Below are positions 40,590 to 54,268 of a stretch of 64,000 bases of DNA, piece by piece. The notes beneath the pieces are model-generated. The model was not told where the DNA came from. It saw nothing but the letters and a program-made list of their open reading frames with translations, and did no database searches. The translations under genes and the position numbers were made by a program. How positions within the stretch are numbered: position 1 is the stretch's first letter; the number at the start of each line of letters is the position of its first letter. Source of the DNA: Vicugna vicugna (taxonomy: Eukaryota); assembly GCA_013265495.1 (NCBI GenBank), contig MU058065.1, positions 4,071,003-4,135,002 on the forward strand. The letters are read 5' to 3'.

Positions 40590-43257
40590 GTACATTATCT
40601 GTCATTTTAGACATTTTTAGAATAGTCAGAGATCTTTTGAAATTGCAAAATAAATGTTTGGGGCATTAAGTACTCTGCAAATGTTTTAGGCTATGATAGG
40701 GGAAAGAAAAGTTAGGTCTCCAAACTTATATTTTCATTGTGTACTAAATCATAAATTATGTTCATGATCTTTTTATTTTTCTTGCTTACAACTTTTCACT
40801 GCCATTACACATTGTTTTTCAGAAAGAAAAAAAGAGAGGTGTGGCGATTGTCGTACTTATAGAAATTAGTTCTCTAACCAGATAATTACCTCTTTTTTAA
40901 AATGGCTAAAAAGAAAATTGTACCAGTTTATGTTATTCAAATATGTATTATCATTAGTGTTTTATCATAAAACAATTGTAATTCCGAAAGCTCTTTTCAT
41001 AATCATTAATCAACAGAGCTATTAAATATCAAAGTATTTAATAACTAAAATACTTAGGGGTTGTAACTTGCAGCTTTACTTTGGCATTTTGATTTAGGAC
41101 GAGTGGACACCATTTCCGGGGGGCTGTATGGAAGGGTTCCAAGTAAAAAGCATTTTACATTTCCTCAGGGTCTTAGCTTTCATGCCTGAAAAATAAAATA
41201 ATTTTGATGTTTAACTCATGTTTCCAATGCAGCCCAAAGCAGATGCTCATCTAAATTCTCTGAAAGAAAGGTGCATTGCCTCTGCAAAATGTTTAGTTTT
41301 AGAGTTGCTATGGAACTGAACTGAGTGTCTTCCTCTCTCTCCACCGAGGCTCCCAGGAGATCGATGTGTTCTACTTGGCTCCCCCATCCACATGTGGCGG
41401 GCATCATGCCTGCTCAGGGCTGAAAAGAAACCTGTCACATCTTAAACATGTGGACTTTGGCACATAGTAGGCCCTTGAGAAATGTTTGTTAGGGTTGAAC
41501 TAAAATTCAGGTATGGCATCAAATCGTCTCAGTAAAGTCTTGCCCCCTTGAGATCCCCAACCTTTCTTTCTTATCCTTTTTCTGCCTCAGTGACTCAGAA
41601 GGTCTTTTCTTGTGTCTTGGCCTCTTAACCGTTCTGCCTAATCAAGACCTGAGCTCTGTGGCCATCTTTCTCACTCAGGTATAAAGGGCTATCTGGCAGG
41701 AAACAAGCACCCTGCTCCTCATGTGCATAAGAAGTAGCATCAACACCCTGACATCAGAGAATGAAATCTCCAACAGGCTTTCCTGGGAGCTTTAGGGAGC
41801 CCTCCAAATGTGGTTTCAGGTCACTGTACTCCAGATAATAGCTTCTGATTGGTGGATATTTCATTAGTCAGAGTTTGGTTATTCGTTATCTCAAATATCT
41901 TGACTTAGGTGGGATTTTTGATTCCTTACACCTTGTTTCACTTAATTATTTTTGAAATTATTGTATCTGAAGGCAGGTGCAGTCCCTAGGTTCAAATCCC
42001 GTTGAATCACACAGGGATGTAAGAGTTAAGTATGAGCAGTAACAAATCAACAATGTAAAAAGGGAGCCATTTAGAACTTACTTCCCCTCCCTAGTCTAGG
42101 AGTTGGTGAAATAAAGGGTTCTCCTCTCATGGAGGAGCAAAAGGTAGATCACAGGGCTTGGTGTCCTCGTGGAAGGGAAGAGACAAGCTGAACAAATTAT
42201 TTCCCATTTACTAATATTAACTGTTAATAGTGAAGTATTGTTTGAGAGCAATGAGAGCCACTGACCAGGTGCCAGCTAGTATACATAGCTAGCTACAATT
42301 CACAGATTAAAAAAACCCTATCTCATAGAGGTTAAGTAACTTACCCAAAGACACACAGCTAGTAAAGGAACTGCTAGAATGTTAAACCATAAATGTATGT
42401 CTTGAAAACTTTAGTTCTGGCAATGACAGGGAGTCACTGGGGCACTGCTGAAGGCCCCATTTTTTGATAAAGAGACCAACGTCCAGAGAAGTCCAGCTAC
42501 ACTAGTAAATCTGGCAGAATGTCTAGTAAAAGGGAAAATGGATTCATGTTCTCATTCTAACCTTTTCTCTAGCCTTCTATGTGCTCTCCTTATTGTTGTT
42601 TATTTGGCCACAGGTCAAAGTTCTTTTTCTTGTTACTTCGTGAAATTGGTCCTCCATTAGAGACAGAAAACTCTAAGATACTTGGCATTATTTTAAAATG
42701 TCTTTACAAATTAGAGACATTTGAAATTCAGCCTTAATTCAATCGAGCATTTAAAATGTACTTTGAAAAAATGTAAAGAAAATGTACTTTGTAGCTCAAG
42801 TGTTTATGTAGGCACTATACAAAAAGTAAAGGATTATAGAAAACATTTCAAGTTAGTAAATTACTATTTTCATTAAGCTTATAAGCATATTTACTTTGAC
42901 ATATTATTGGATTCAAAATACGCTCGAATTCTTATAACAGTTGAGAGGCCAGTTTTAATCAAGAGTCAAGCTAATTTATCTTAAAAATAGGTGATCTTAG
43001 GTACTTTTTGTATGGTATTCTCTTGTATGCTTGTGATTCCGTTGGGTGATTGATTTGTTGTAAACCCTCTCAAATGTTTGAAAACTCCAAAGTGTTTTCC
43101 AGTGAAGTAGGGGGTTTGCAGTGATGGTGGACCACGACCACCATCATTTTTTTTTCATTTTTCCCTTATTTTTAAGGTGGAATCATGTCTGTTAGGCTAG
43201 AATACTTTTCCTTCTAGGTTGTCACAATGGACAGAGGAATTTTCAGCATCTCATTTC

Positions 43258-43494
43258 ATCTTTTTATCCTACTATAACTTTTACTATGGAAAACATTGAA
43301 CACACATAAACACAGAAAGAATAGTATAATGAATTCACGTGATTCCTTTTATTCAGCATGAAAAGATACCGACATTTTCCAATCCAGTTTCATCTATTTA
43401 GTCCCGAATTCTTTTTCCTTCTTTTCCTTTTCTTATTGGAGTGTTTCTAGAGAAATCCAAGCTATCAAATACTTTCATCCTAAATAGTTCAGTA
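43258..43494 (-). mobile_element. Ancient L1MC-type 3' end flanked by an exact 16-bp direct repeat
   Basis: ttttactatggaaaacattgaacacac...gaatagtataatgaa; ttcagcatctcatttc at 43242-43257 and 43495-43510. Confidence 0.75.
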
Positions 43495-45914
43495 TTCAGC
43501 ATCTCATTTCTGATCTTCAGCCCAGAAATGCTTTAAAGAGGACGTTATAGTTCAGTTTTTCCCAGGTAGCGTTTCCTGCCTCCTGGATCTCCAGATTATT
43601 GGGCTGCTTTGGGGCTTGAAAAGGGAAACGGGAGAAAAAAGAGGATGTCACCGAATGTACCCTAGCAAATGAAGCCTTGCTTTCAGGCAGCTGAGGCCGG
43701 AAAGACTTTGTTTAATTAACATTCAGTGTGCATATTGGGGGGGGATGGTTCATGTTTTAGAAATTTGACTGTTTTTAAGGAGGCAGACCGTCAGTTTCCC
43801 ATTTCAACGGCTCATACATGCAAAATTCAAATTTTGCAGAGAAGCAACCAGCAACTATTGTTTAAAAACGTCTTAAAAAGAATTGGAATGCTCTTCTGAG
43901 TCTGCATACAGAATGACAGGAACCAATATTCATCTTCTTTTTCTGTAAAACTCAGGGAGACACATGAAAGAACCTAGAAATGCATTCCTTACAAAGACTT
44001 TGTGCAGTTGTTTTAAATAATTTATATACACAAGCACATATATAACCCCCGTGTGCATTCAGCCCCCACTTCACCGGTGTAAAATCAGTGGCTACAATCA
44101 TTGAAATCCACTTCCTCAGACTGTGACATTTCAGCAGTCTTTCTCGGAGAAGCCAGAATGTCTGGAGCCGCACAAGGTTCCCCTCTAGGTCACCGACTCA
44201 CACAGCTACCGCCCAGCGCCTCGCTAGCGCGCTCACGTAAAAGTTGCCCATCTTACTCGACCGGGTCTGAGTTCGCACTGAGTGCAGCTCTCGAGCCCTA
44301 GGGGAGCACGATGTGCTACGGAGGCCAATAACCTGAAACCGTGGCCGCGATCTGCTCTCCCTCCACACTGCCCCGCACCCTCCCTGCTTTATCTAGGATT
44401 GCTTTTTCAGGGATAGCAGCTGCTCCGGCAACCCCTCGGATGTTGGCGACGAGTTTCTCCTCGAAACGCTTCCTGATTCCGTCTTCTGCAATCCAGCTAG
44501 CGAGAAGCGCGACAGAACTCCTGGGTCCTCTCCGCGGCCGTCCACCACCACTCCGCAGGGGTGGCCCGGGTGCTCCGGACTCGGGTGGGCGGACGGAGGG
44601 ATACCCCACGGGCACACCTACTCTCTGCGGGTTGCGCGTTGAGGTCTTTGTCCGCTCGCCCTTCCGCGGAGGCCGCGCACTCCCTCTTCCGGCCGGCAGG
44701 TGGCGCGGTTGGTTCACAATGAGCCGCTGCGGGAGCGGGAACGGCGCTTTCCTCTCCCCGCGGTCGCTCTCCCGCTGGGACCCAGGTGGGAGAGGAAAAC
44801 CCGGCCCTACCCCGCAGGGAGCCAGACGGAGGGTGGTTTGGGAGAAGGGATGGATGGTGGCCTCGGCAGGAAGCGGGGCTCCTTCAAACGTCTGGAGAAA
44901 TTCACCGAGTAGCGTCGGGGGCCGGTCCCCAGGCCGCCTGCTGCGTTGCAGTCTCCCGGCGGCGCTCAGTTGGCTGCGCCCGCGGCCGGGGCATCGGGGG
45001 ACGAACGGAGGCCCAGTGCTGCCTGGGCCCCCAGGAGGTCCGCAGTGACACCCACAGCACCGCGTCTGGGGCAGCTGCGCGGCTTTCTGCGCGTCCTGTC
45101 GCCCACTACCGTCTCCTGGGGCGGCGAGAGCTGTCCGGACTAGCGACGGGAGCGCAGAGCTTACAACCGCCGCTCAGCGCGGCTTCCGACCTCCCGTATC
45201 CGAGCCCCGCGCTCCCACTTCAGCTCTTCGCTTCTAGCCCCCCTGCGCCCCGGGCTTGCCAGGCCCGGTTCCGGGGACTCACCCACGGCAAACACACAGT
45301 TGGTTCCCCGCGGCCGAAGCCATGGTGGGGCGTCTGGTCGAGGTGGCAAGTCCTGTCCTGGGGCCGGGACGAGACCCACGGCGTGAGCGCGGAGAAGGGG
45401 CAAGAGGGGGCTTCTCTGTCACTAGAGAGTCGTTCCGTCTCTGGAGAGAGTGACAGAGCCCTGCTTCTGGCCGAGCGCCGCACCGGACTTTGGGGACTGA
45501 TTAGATCCCGGCTCCCTAGGCGTCTGGGAACCAGGGAAGAGAACTAATCAAGCCACAAAACTCCCCTCAAAGAGCATTTCTTATGGAGGTGCGCCACAAA
45601 AACACAAAACGGGGCAAGGTAGCCGAGGGTGGCGGTGGCCGTGCGCAGGAGTGAAAGCGCAGTCCCAGTCCCGGCGCGCGGGACGCGAACACTTCGACCC
45701 TCAGAAAAGAGCAACAGCAAAGAAGCAGGTCAACTTTATACTTTTTTAGATTGCAATGAAAGAGCCTTTTCCTCCATCTCAAACCGCCCGTGGGGGAAGT
45801 GGAGGTTCCCAACATTTCCTCGGACTTCCCCCAACCAGTTTAGTCTTTCTAAGCTCCTTCCACTGCCCAGGGGCTGGACCCCTGAGGTGCGGTCGGGAGG
45901 ACCCCACCGTCTCC

Positions 45915-46328
<414 letters not shown>

Positions 46329-47363
46329 TAGAGGCGACGATCCGTGCGGGTGAATGATCCCCGGGAGCGCGAGGCCGGCGGGTGTGGGGGGATCCCGGCG
46401 TGAGCGGTGCTTCCTGACTCCGGAGAAGGGGGCCGAGGCGAGAAGATCCGTGAGGGGGAGGCGGGGACCCGTCAAGCAGCTTGCCTCCGGGCAGTGACCC
46501 GTGCGTGTGGCGGGGTTGCCCAAGTTTGTAGCGAAAGGACGAAGTTTATCAGCCTCTGCCGGTGAGGGCAGCCCGAGGCGCCCCGAGGGGATGCGCGGGA
46601 ACCAGGATAAAAACAAACAAATAAATAAATTCTGTGGACCTATTCCTACCACCACTTTTCCCAGCCCAGGTCGAGGGGAAACGCAAGCCTTGAGCTCCTT
46701 CAGGGTATGGTGGTGCTCTCGGGTTCTTGCGAAAAACCTTGCGAGCTCTGGTTTCTGCAAAGTTTCCCGAGCCCTGCGCTTCCCGGGACCCGGCTGCCGG
46801 GCCTCCGCCGCGCAGCGGTCGTGGCGCCGCTCCCCGGTCGCCGGTGACCTGATTTCTAGCACCGGGCGTCAGACACCTTTCTCCCCGCCAGCCACGCGCC
46901 GGAGGGGTGCCATCGCTGGCCTAGGGGGCCCTAAGTTCCTCGATCGCCCCTCAGACCTGGGGAACCCGCGGCAAGTTGAACGTACTCGAGTTTTAGCCCC
47001 CAGATCTGTACATCGGGTTACTTTGGAGGGAACGTGCGGGACTGACTGAATCTGTCTCTGTGCTCAGTTTTCTGCGCGTCTGTTTGGACGTGATAGAAGG
47101 TCTGTGTGTGTGTCTGTGTCGGTAAGGTGGGGGTTGATCATTTAGATTCTGATGATCTCAGAGAGAGGCAAGTTGCGTGTGCGTTTATGTGTGTGTGCGC
47201 GCGCGCAAATGCGTGTATGTGGGTGCGCGGGTGCCCGCGTGGACGCGGACAATTGTGTGCCTTGTGCGAGTGCCATGATTGTGTGCGCGAGTGCTCTAGT
47301 GAATGCTCGCGCTCGAGCCTGCGTGCACCCATCTAGCAGACTCCTTCACCTTCCCACCCTCCC

Positions 47364-47415
47364 CCATCCATCCATCCATCCATCCATCCATCCATCCATC
47401 CATCCATCCATCCAT
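47364..47415 (+). repeat. (CCAT)13 tetranucleotide microsatellite in EPHA4 intron 1
   Basis: 13 perfect units counted. Confidence 0.95.
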
Positions 47416-49310
47416 GTATCTATTCATACGTCCATCTCCAGGATCCGTCTATCCATCCCTGTGCAATCTATCATTTTCCCTGTTCCGAAGGAGGGAGCCA
47501 AAAACCAACTTAGCCTTGGTTGGGCAGCCAGTGCCCAGGGCTCGCCAGACGGAGGCTCCCAGAGACTCACGCACCTGCCGGCAGACACTGCTTGGGAGGA
47601 AAGGGGCGCTCTCTCCCCTTCTCGATCTCCTCCCTCCTTCCGACGTGGCTTTTGGTGCCATCTCGGCCGCTGCCACCTCTCGGTCCCCAGGGTCATTCCT
47701 CTGAGCGAAATCTTGCATCCCGCGTTCTCCTGACTACTTCGGCTCACACTTACTAGGACGTCCCCCAAGATCTCGCTGCACCAAACGCAGGGGAGATTTC
47801 TTGTCTTTTTTCCCCCTTCTTTTTATTTTGGAAGCAAAACTTGGGAGCTTAGACAAAAAGAACTGATGGAGCTGTAGGCTGATGTAGAAGGGGGGGTGGT
47901 CACCCCATCTCCGACCCCTCCTCCCCCTTAAAAATTAATTCATTTTGTTGCTTTTTATTCCCATCACGTTTCCTTTTCTCCCTTTTACCCTCCCTTTCTA
48001 TTCCCTCCCTTTTTTTGTAAATTGGGTCTTATTGTTCCCTTTGTGTCCCTAATCCACCTTACATAAATCCAAATGGATGTAGCGGGCTTTTCTCTAGGGA
48101 CCAAGAAGAGAGGAGGAGGGGGGCGCAACTCCGGGCGGGAGCAACCCGGGGAAGGCTCTACATTTTAAAATAATTAACAGACCCTAGGAATTCAAGCTTC
48201 TCTGGAAAACCAGGAAAACGCGGCTCATTTTAACTCCTTTGACTTTAGGGTGAAATGAGAGGGGAGGTGGGCAGGGGCCAGGTGGCAAGATTGAGAGTGG
48301 GGGTGCAGAGCAAGGATGAAGGCTTCCCATTCCCACCCCTCCCCCAGTCTGAAGAGCCAGCCTCGCTGACCAAATTAATAACCCAGTGGTTCCTTTGAGA
48401 TAGGCCTTTCGACCCCCAGGCCTGCAGATCTCAGTGGGAAAGGGACTGTGGAGAGGTTAGGAATTCACTGCGTCCTTTTCAGTGTTCTCCGTGCCTAGGA
48501 CTGTTTCAGCTTGCGCGGGGTGCAACCTCTGTTTTGCTGCCCTCGCAGTTCCCCTAAGCTTAGATGCACACACTCTTAGGTGTAGTACAAGCATATTAAA
48601 TCTATTAGGCAGCCCTCCCTATCTAAAATTTAAACCAGCGATCTCCTCCAGAGTGAAGGAGGAGTCTCCAATTGTCCTCAAAAAGACCTGGCAAAGAGAA
48701 TCCTTTAGTGTATTTGCATTCTAATTCCCCACGTCTGCCGTTCCCCCTTTCTGAAACTTTGATATTTAAAGAAGCAGCGGATGCCACATCCAGGGCCTAT
48801 TTATTTGGTGGTGGAGGGGAAAAAGTGGTAGGGAAGAGAGCCTTTTCCTGACCCTTTGAGTACTCTCTGATAGAATTCACTTGTGGCTCTGTCACCATGA
48901 TGATGAGTTATGCAGTCATCTGAAACTTGCAAAAACAAATATTTCCAGTAGATACCAGACAGAGATGAATGCAGATTTTGCTCTGGAGTGTAACTGCCCT
49001 ACGTAGATATATTTATTTTTTGATTTGTACTTGAGATTCTCTATTCATCCTTTTTAGAAAATGAATCAACTGAGTCCTGGGATGGAATTTTAAATGCTAA
49101 GCAAGTTAAATAAATAAGGACCTGCAGATGTAAAGTGGGGAGAAGATCAAGTGAGTAATGATTATTTACATAAGTGAGACCAAGTTTAGGTTTTGATCAG
49201 AGTTGGATATGCACACCCTCAGCACATATGGAAACGCTCAGGCAAATGGTTTTTTTGTAGTATTGGCTTTTTGCAATTGGAAATTAATCTTTTTTTTTTT
49301 TTTCCTACAG

Positions 49311-49378
49311 TTACCTTATTGGATTCCAGATCTGTTCAGGGAGAACTCGGGTGGATAGCAAGCCCTCTGGAAGGAGGG
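49311..49378 (+). CDS. EPHA4: EPHA4 coding exon 2, (V)[22 protein letters not shown], start of ligand-binding domain
   Basis: Poly-T tract plus cctacag| acceptor, GGG|gtaagt donor, 68 nt. 91+68=159 nt keeps frame. The peptide is visible inside ORF 49193..49423. Confidence 0.97.
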
Positions 49379-52300
49379 GTAAGTTCCAAGTTGCTCTCTG
49401 ATCCACAGGGTAAAAAAGAATGATTAGCAACTTTCTGAGAGTCCTAATGGCTTGATTCTTGTTGATTGTGGTGAGGGGGTCAGATTTCCAACACGGCCTA
49501 TGAAGTGAATTACGCTTTGTTGGAGAAATCCTATACTCCCCTTGGACAGCTCTGTCATGGAAGAACTAGAATCCAAAAGGGCAGAAAGGGGTTTCAAAAT
49601 TAGGAGATTGGTGGAGGCATAGTCTTAGATGCCTATTTAAAACTAAAATACCGACAAGAAATACGATCTGGGGACCAAATTAGAATTTATGCCTATTACC
49701 ATGATGGCCATGAAGTCCTGACAGGGTTAATTTTAGAGCAGTTGTTCTGTTTCAAGATGAGGAAAATGAATAAATAAAGATAACCAGGGAGAAAACGTTC
49801 CTAATTGTACCAGGAGCAGGTTTAGTTCTGTGTATGAGCAGCGGGGGGCTCTGTAACTTGCTATGACGGCCTTAAATCAGCTCTCGTTCCCTGGCACACT
49901 GAGAGAAATCCTTATGAACTTGAGCCAGGGGCAACATCTATGCAGGAAAAGGAAAAAAAAAGTTTGTGCGTTGTTGGTACTAAATGTGAAAAGTTGAAGT
50001 ATTTGGATTCTTGGATCTTTGGGGATTGGAGAGGCTGGATTATAAACTATGAGTGAATGTACCACTGTTCATTTCTTCTGGAATTTGCCATCACCGCCTT
50101 TATCGGAAGATTCAGAGAATAGAATTAGGTCAGTAGCCACATTCTCTGCTCCCATCCTCCCCCCTTATTAACAGGTCAGAATGAATCAGCTTTGGAAAGA
50201 AATCAATGTAATAGGTAACTCTGGCTTCTGCCAAATTGAAATAACTCTCAAATCCTTTAAAAATTAAGCATATCAACTACCTTTACACACTTGGTAGTCT
50301 GTGCTGGAGTGAATTGATTAAAAGCAACAGGGATGAAAGATTAGGAATTTATCAGACCAAAATTGTAATGTGCTTCACACTTGGTCTTTGAATAAAAACA
50401 ATAAAGAACTTAAAAAAAATTAAGATTCATAGAAATTATTTTGATGGGTTTCAAACATAAGACAAGGCAAGAAAGCAGTCATGAAAATGGAGAATTTTAG
50501 GCTGTCTTTTTCCAAAGCCAAGTCTTGTGATCCATTTGCAATAGAACGGAGATTGCCCTGCCCTCCTGTTTTTCTGCCTGAACTTGACTGCAGTTGGTTG
50601 GGTCTCTGCTGAAAAATTCTAGTCTGCCCTCAAAACCATTTTTTTTTTTAAGAGGGAGGGAGAGTGATTGGCAGTTCTCTGGCAGTGTAGACAGGCTGTA
50701 TTCACTGCTGATTGCAGGCAATTGCCCTCATCCTTTGAATGCGAAGAAAGGTACAGCTTTATCTTGTGAGAGTCAGACTCTTGTTAATCCTATACCCTGG
50801 AAAGGTCACTGATTCAAGGAGGCTTTCCCATGCTACACCAGGGGTATTGCTCTGTAGGTTGAATGAATTAGATCTGCTAGCGAAACTGAGGATGAAAGGT
50901 ATCAGTACTTGCATTAAAAAAAAATTAATGAGTCTTTTTTGTCTTACTGGCTGCTCCCAAGTTTGAAGAGAGAGTACATCTTAGTATGAATTTGGACCTG
51001 CCTTGTTACACTAAATATACTTGTGACCTAGTTAAAAGCAAGGAGTGACACATTTTCGAGTACACTTCAGGGTCTATCTAGTTTCTGGAAAGCTTTTATT
51101 GCAATTTAATATGCTGCAGACGTGTCCCTCCCCACCACCCCACCTCCGACTCTCTAGCTCCCAGACTTTTGAAAGAACACCTGGTCAGTTTTTCTAGACA
51201 CAAAACTTCTTTCAATTGTCTCGATGTCCCTTAAAAAAAAAGATACTGTGCATAGCTGATTGTATACAACCCAGAACTTTTAATGGGCAGGATGTTGACC
51301 TCTGAATATAGAACGTAGACTTTTTTCTTTTCCTTCAATACTATGTGTGTAACACTTTAAGTCTTGTTGTGAAAGGTAAGAAATAAAAATTTTATTTGTG
51401 TGTAATAGAATTAGTCATTCCAAAATACATAGTAGCTATTGAGAAATTACGTGCCAAATTATAAAGTTTAATTAGTTTCTAGATTTTGTAATAAAGAAAA
51501 CTTTTTCAGGCTTAGAATGAAGGGATAAATTGGATATCTACCAAGTAGGGATGGATTGCCCTTGAAAAGTTCTTTCTAGCTGAGTGTAAGAGCATATTTT
51601 AATCTTTTGATTAATCTGAAATCTCTACTTATTGTTAGATCAACATCTTTCTTGACTAGAAACTTGGGATTATAACTTTGACCAATAATGACATTTATTT
51701 GTTGTTGTTGTTATTTTTGAAAAGAACAAGAAACCTTATTTGACAATACCACCAAAGCAAAAGTGAATTTTAGTCACTGTTCTTTCATTTTCCCATCAGA
51801 ACAACTAAGCAGAACCTGAAAATAATGAAAAATGATGGTTCTTGATGGCAACATTGTAGCAAAAACCCAGTTTCTTGGCAGTGTTCATTTAAAGGAGTAT
51901 ATTGAGTTTCTGACACTGACTGTAAAATGCAAAACTAAGGGGAGATTTGTCACTGTGCTGGTGAATTGATCAATGTGTTTAGACAATTAAGTTCAGGCTG
52001 GAAAATTCGAATTAGACCTGAATTATCTGTATGAACTCTGTGGAGATATCCCTCTGTGCTTTCATTTACATTGATAAATGTGTTTTTCCATATTTCCTTT
52101 GTTCTGAGATGAGAAGCATGCTGAGTAGGTTTTTTCTGAAGGTGGGGATCTATTTTTAGATTTACATGAATTTCCCCAAATAAGTAAATTACTGGTGATT
52201 TATTGCTTAGTGGATAAAAAGAAATTTTAATCGCCACAGGGCTCTTATCCCCCCCAATTCCAACTTTCATAATGGTGGCAGATGAAAAGGATACAGAATT

Positions 52301-53512
52301 TGATGCATTATGGCCCTTCACATAGTAACATTTCCATCCATTAATAGTTTTCCAATGCACAGATGGGAAACCTGTTAAAAGATACATTATGATTCTATGT
52401 ACTCCATTGGATTGAATGGAGCTTTAAGTGGAGCTATTATAGAATATGAATTTTTTTAACTGTCTTTTTTCTTCTAATTATATTCACGTGTTAGATACTT
52501 AGGCTGATTTATACCAGATCTGTGTAAATGTATTGCTGTAGGTATTAATGAAGAATTGGAGGCTGCCTACCAGTCTGGTAAGAGCCCCCAAATTATCTTG
52601 CCGCTTTTAGGATTATTTTAAAAGCTATGGTGAGAACGAAACTACAGTCCTGCTCACAGTGAATTTTGCTGAATTCAGGTCGTCCCACTATTAGAATCTT
52701 TATGTTAGAAAGTAGATTGCAACAAAAAAATCCTTCCCATCCTTCTTGAATTTTCTTGGGCTTTCAATCATAAATACCACTTACTATTTTATTTTCAATA
52801 TCCATAGACTATTGAGAAGCAAAGTGCGCGTTTATTTATGTGTCTATGTTTACTTATGTGTCTGTTTTAAAAATAAGAACAGTATACAAACTTTTTAATT
52901 GAATATGTACTCTTGAAAACTGTTCTCCCATTATAAATGACAGTGGAATTGAGAAATCCAACCTTATTCTATCTTCCCAGGATTACCAAAACCAGAATGG
53001 GCGATTTTCTTAAAAGAATAGTGACCGTGCCAAAAAAAAAACAACAAAAAACCTTTTTTTAGGTATTAAAGAGCAAAGTTCTGACAGGAGCACCTCTAAT
53101 TAACTGATAATTGTCTTCCTTTGGCAAGCTTTACTCTTCCTGATCTTAATTTGCAGGTCTCTGCTCAGTTGTTGAAACAATACACATACTAGTTTTTCAT
53201 TTATGAGTAAATTTGAACTGTTGCCACTTGAAATTGTAGCTGTTGTAATAGGTGAATTTGAGGTTGTTAGACCACCACGAGGAACTGCTGGGAACTCAAA
53301 AGCAATAAATCCAGCAATACCTCTGGATTTTAGGCAGAAGAGTGAAACAATTAAAAGAAAATACTTTCCCAATAAACTATCATCTTAGTGAGGAATTGGT
53401 GCTCCATAGTTTTTTTTTGTTGTTGTTTGTTTTTTATTTTTTCCTTATTGAAACAAGAATCATCACTGTCCTATGAGGGTTAAATGGAATTGACAAAACC
53501 ACTGTAGAATGA

Positions 53513-54268
<756 letters not shown>

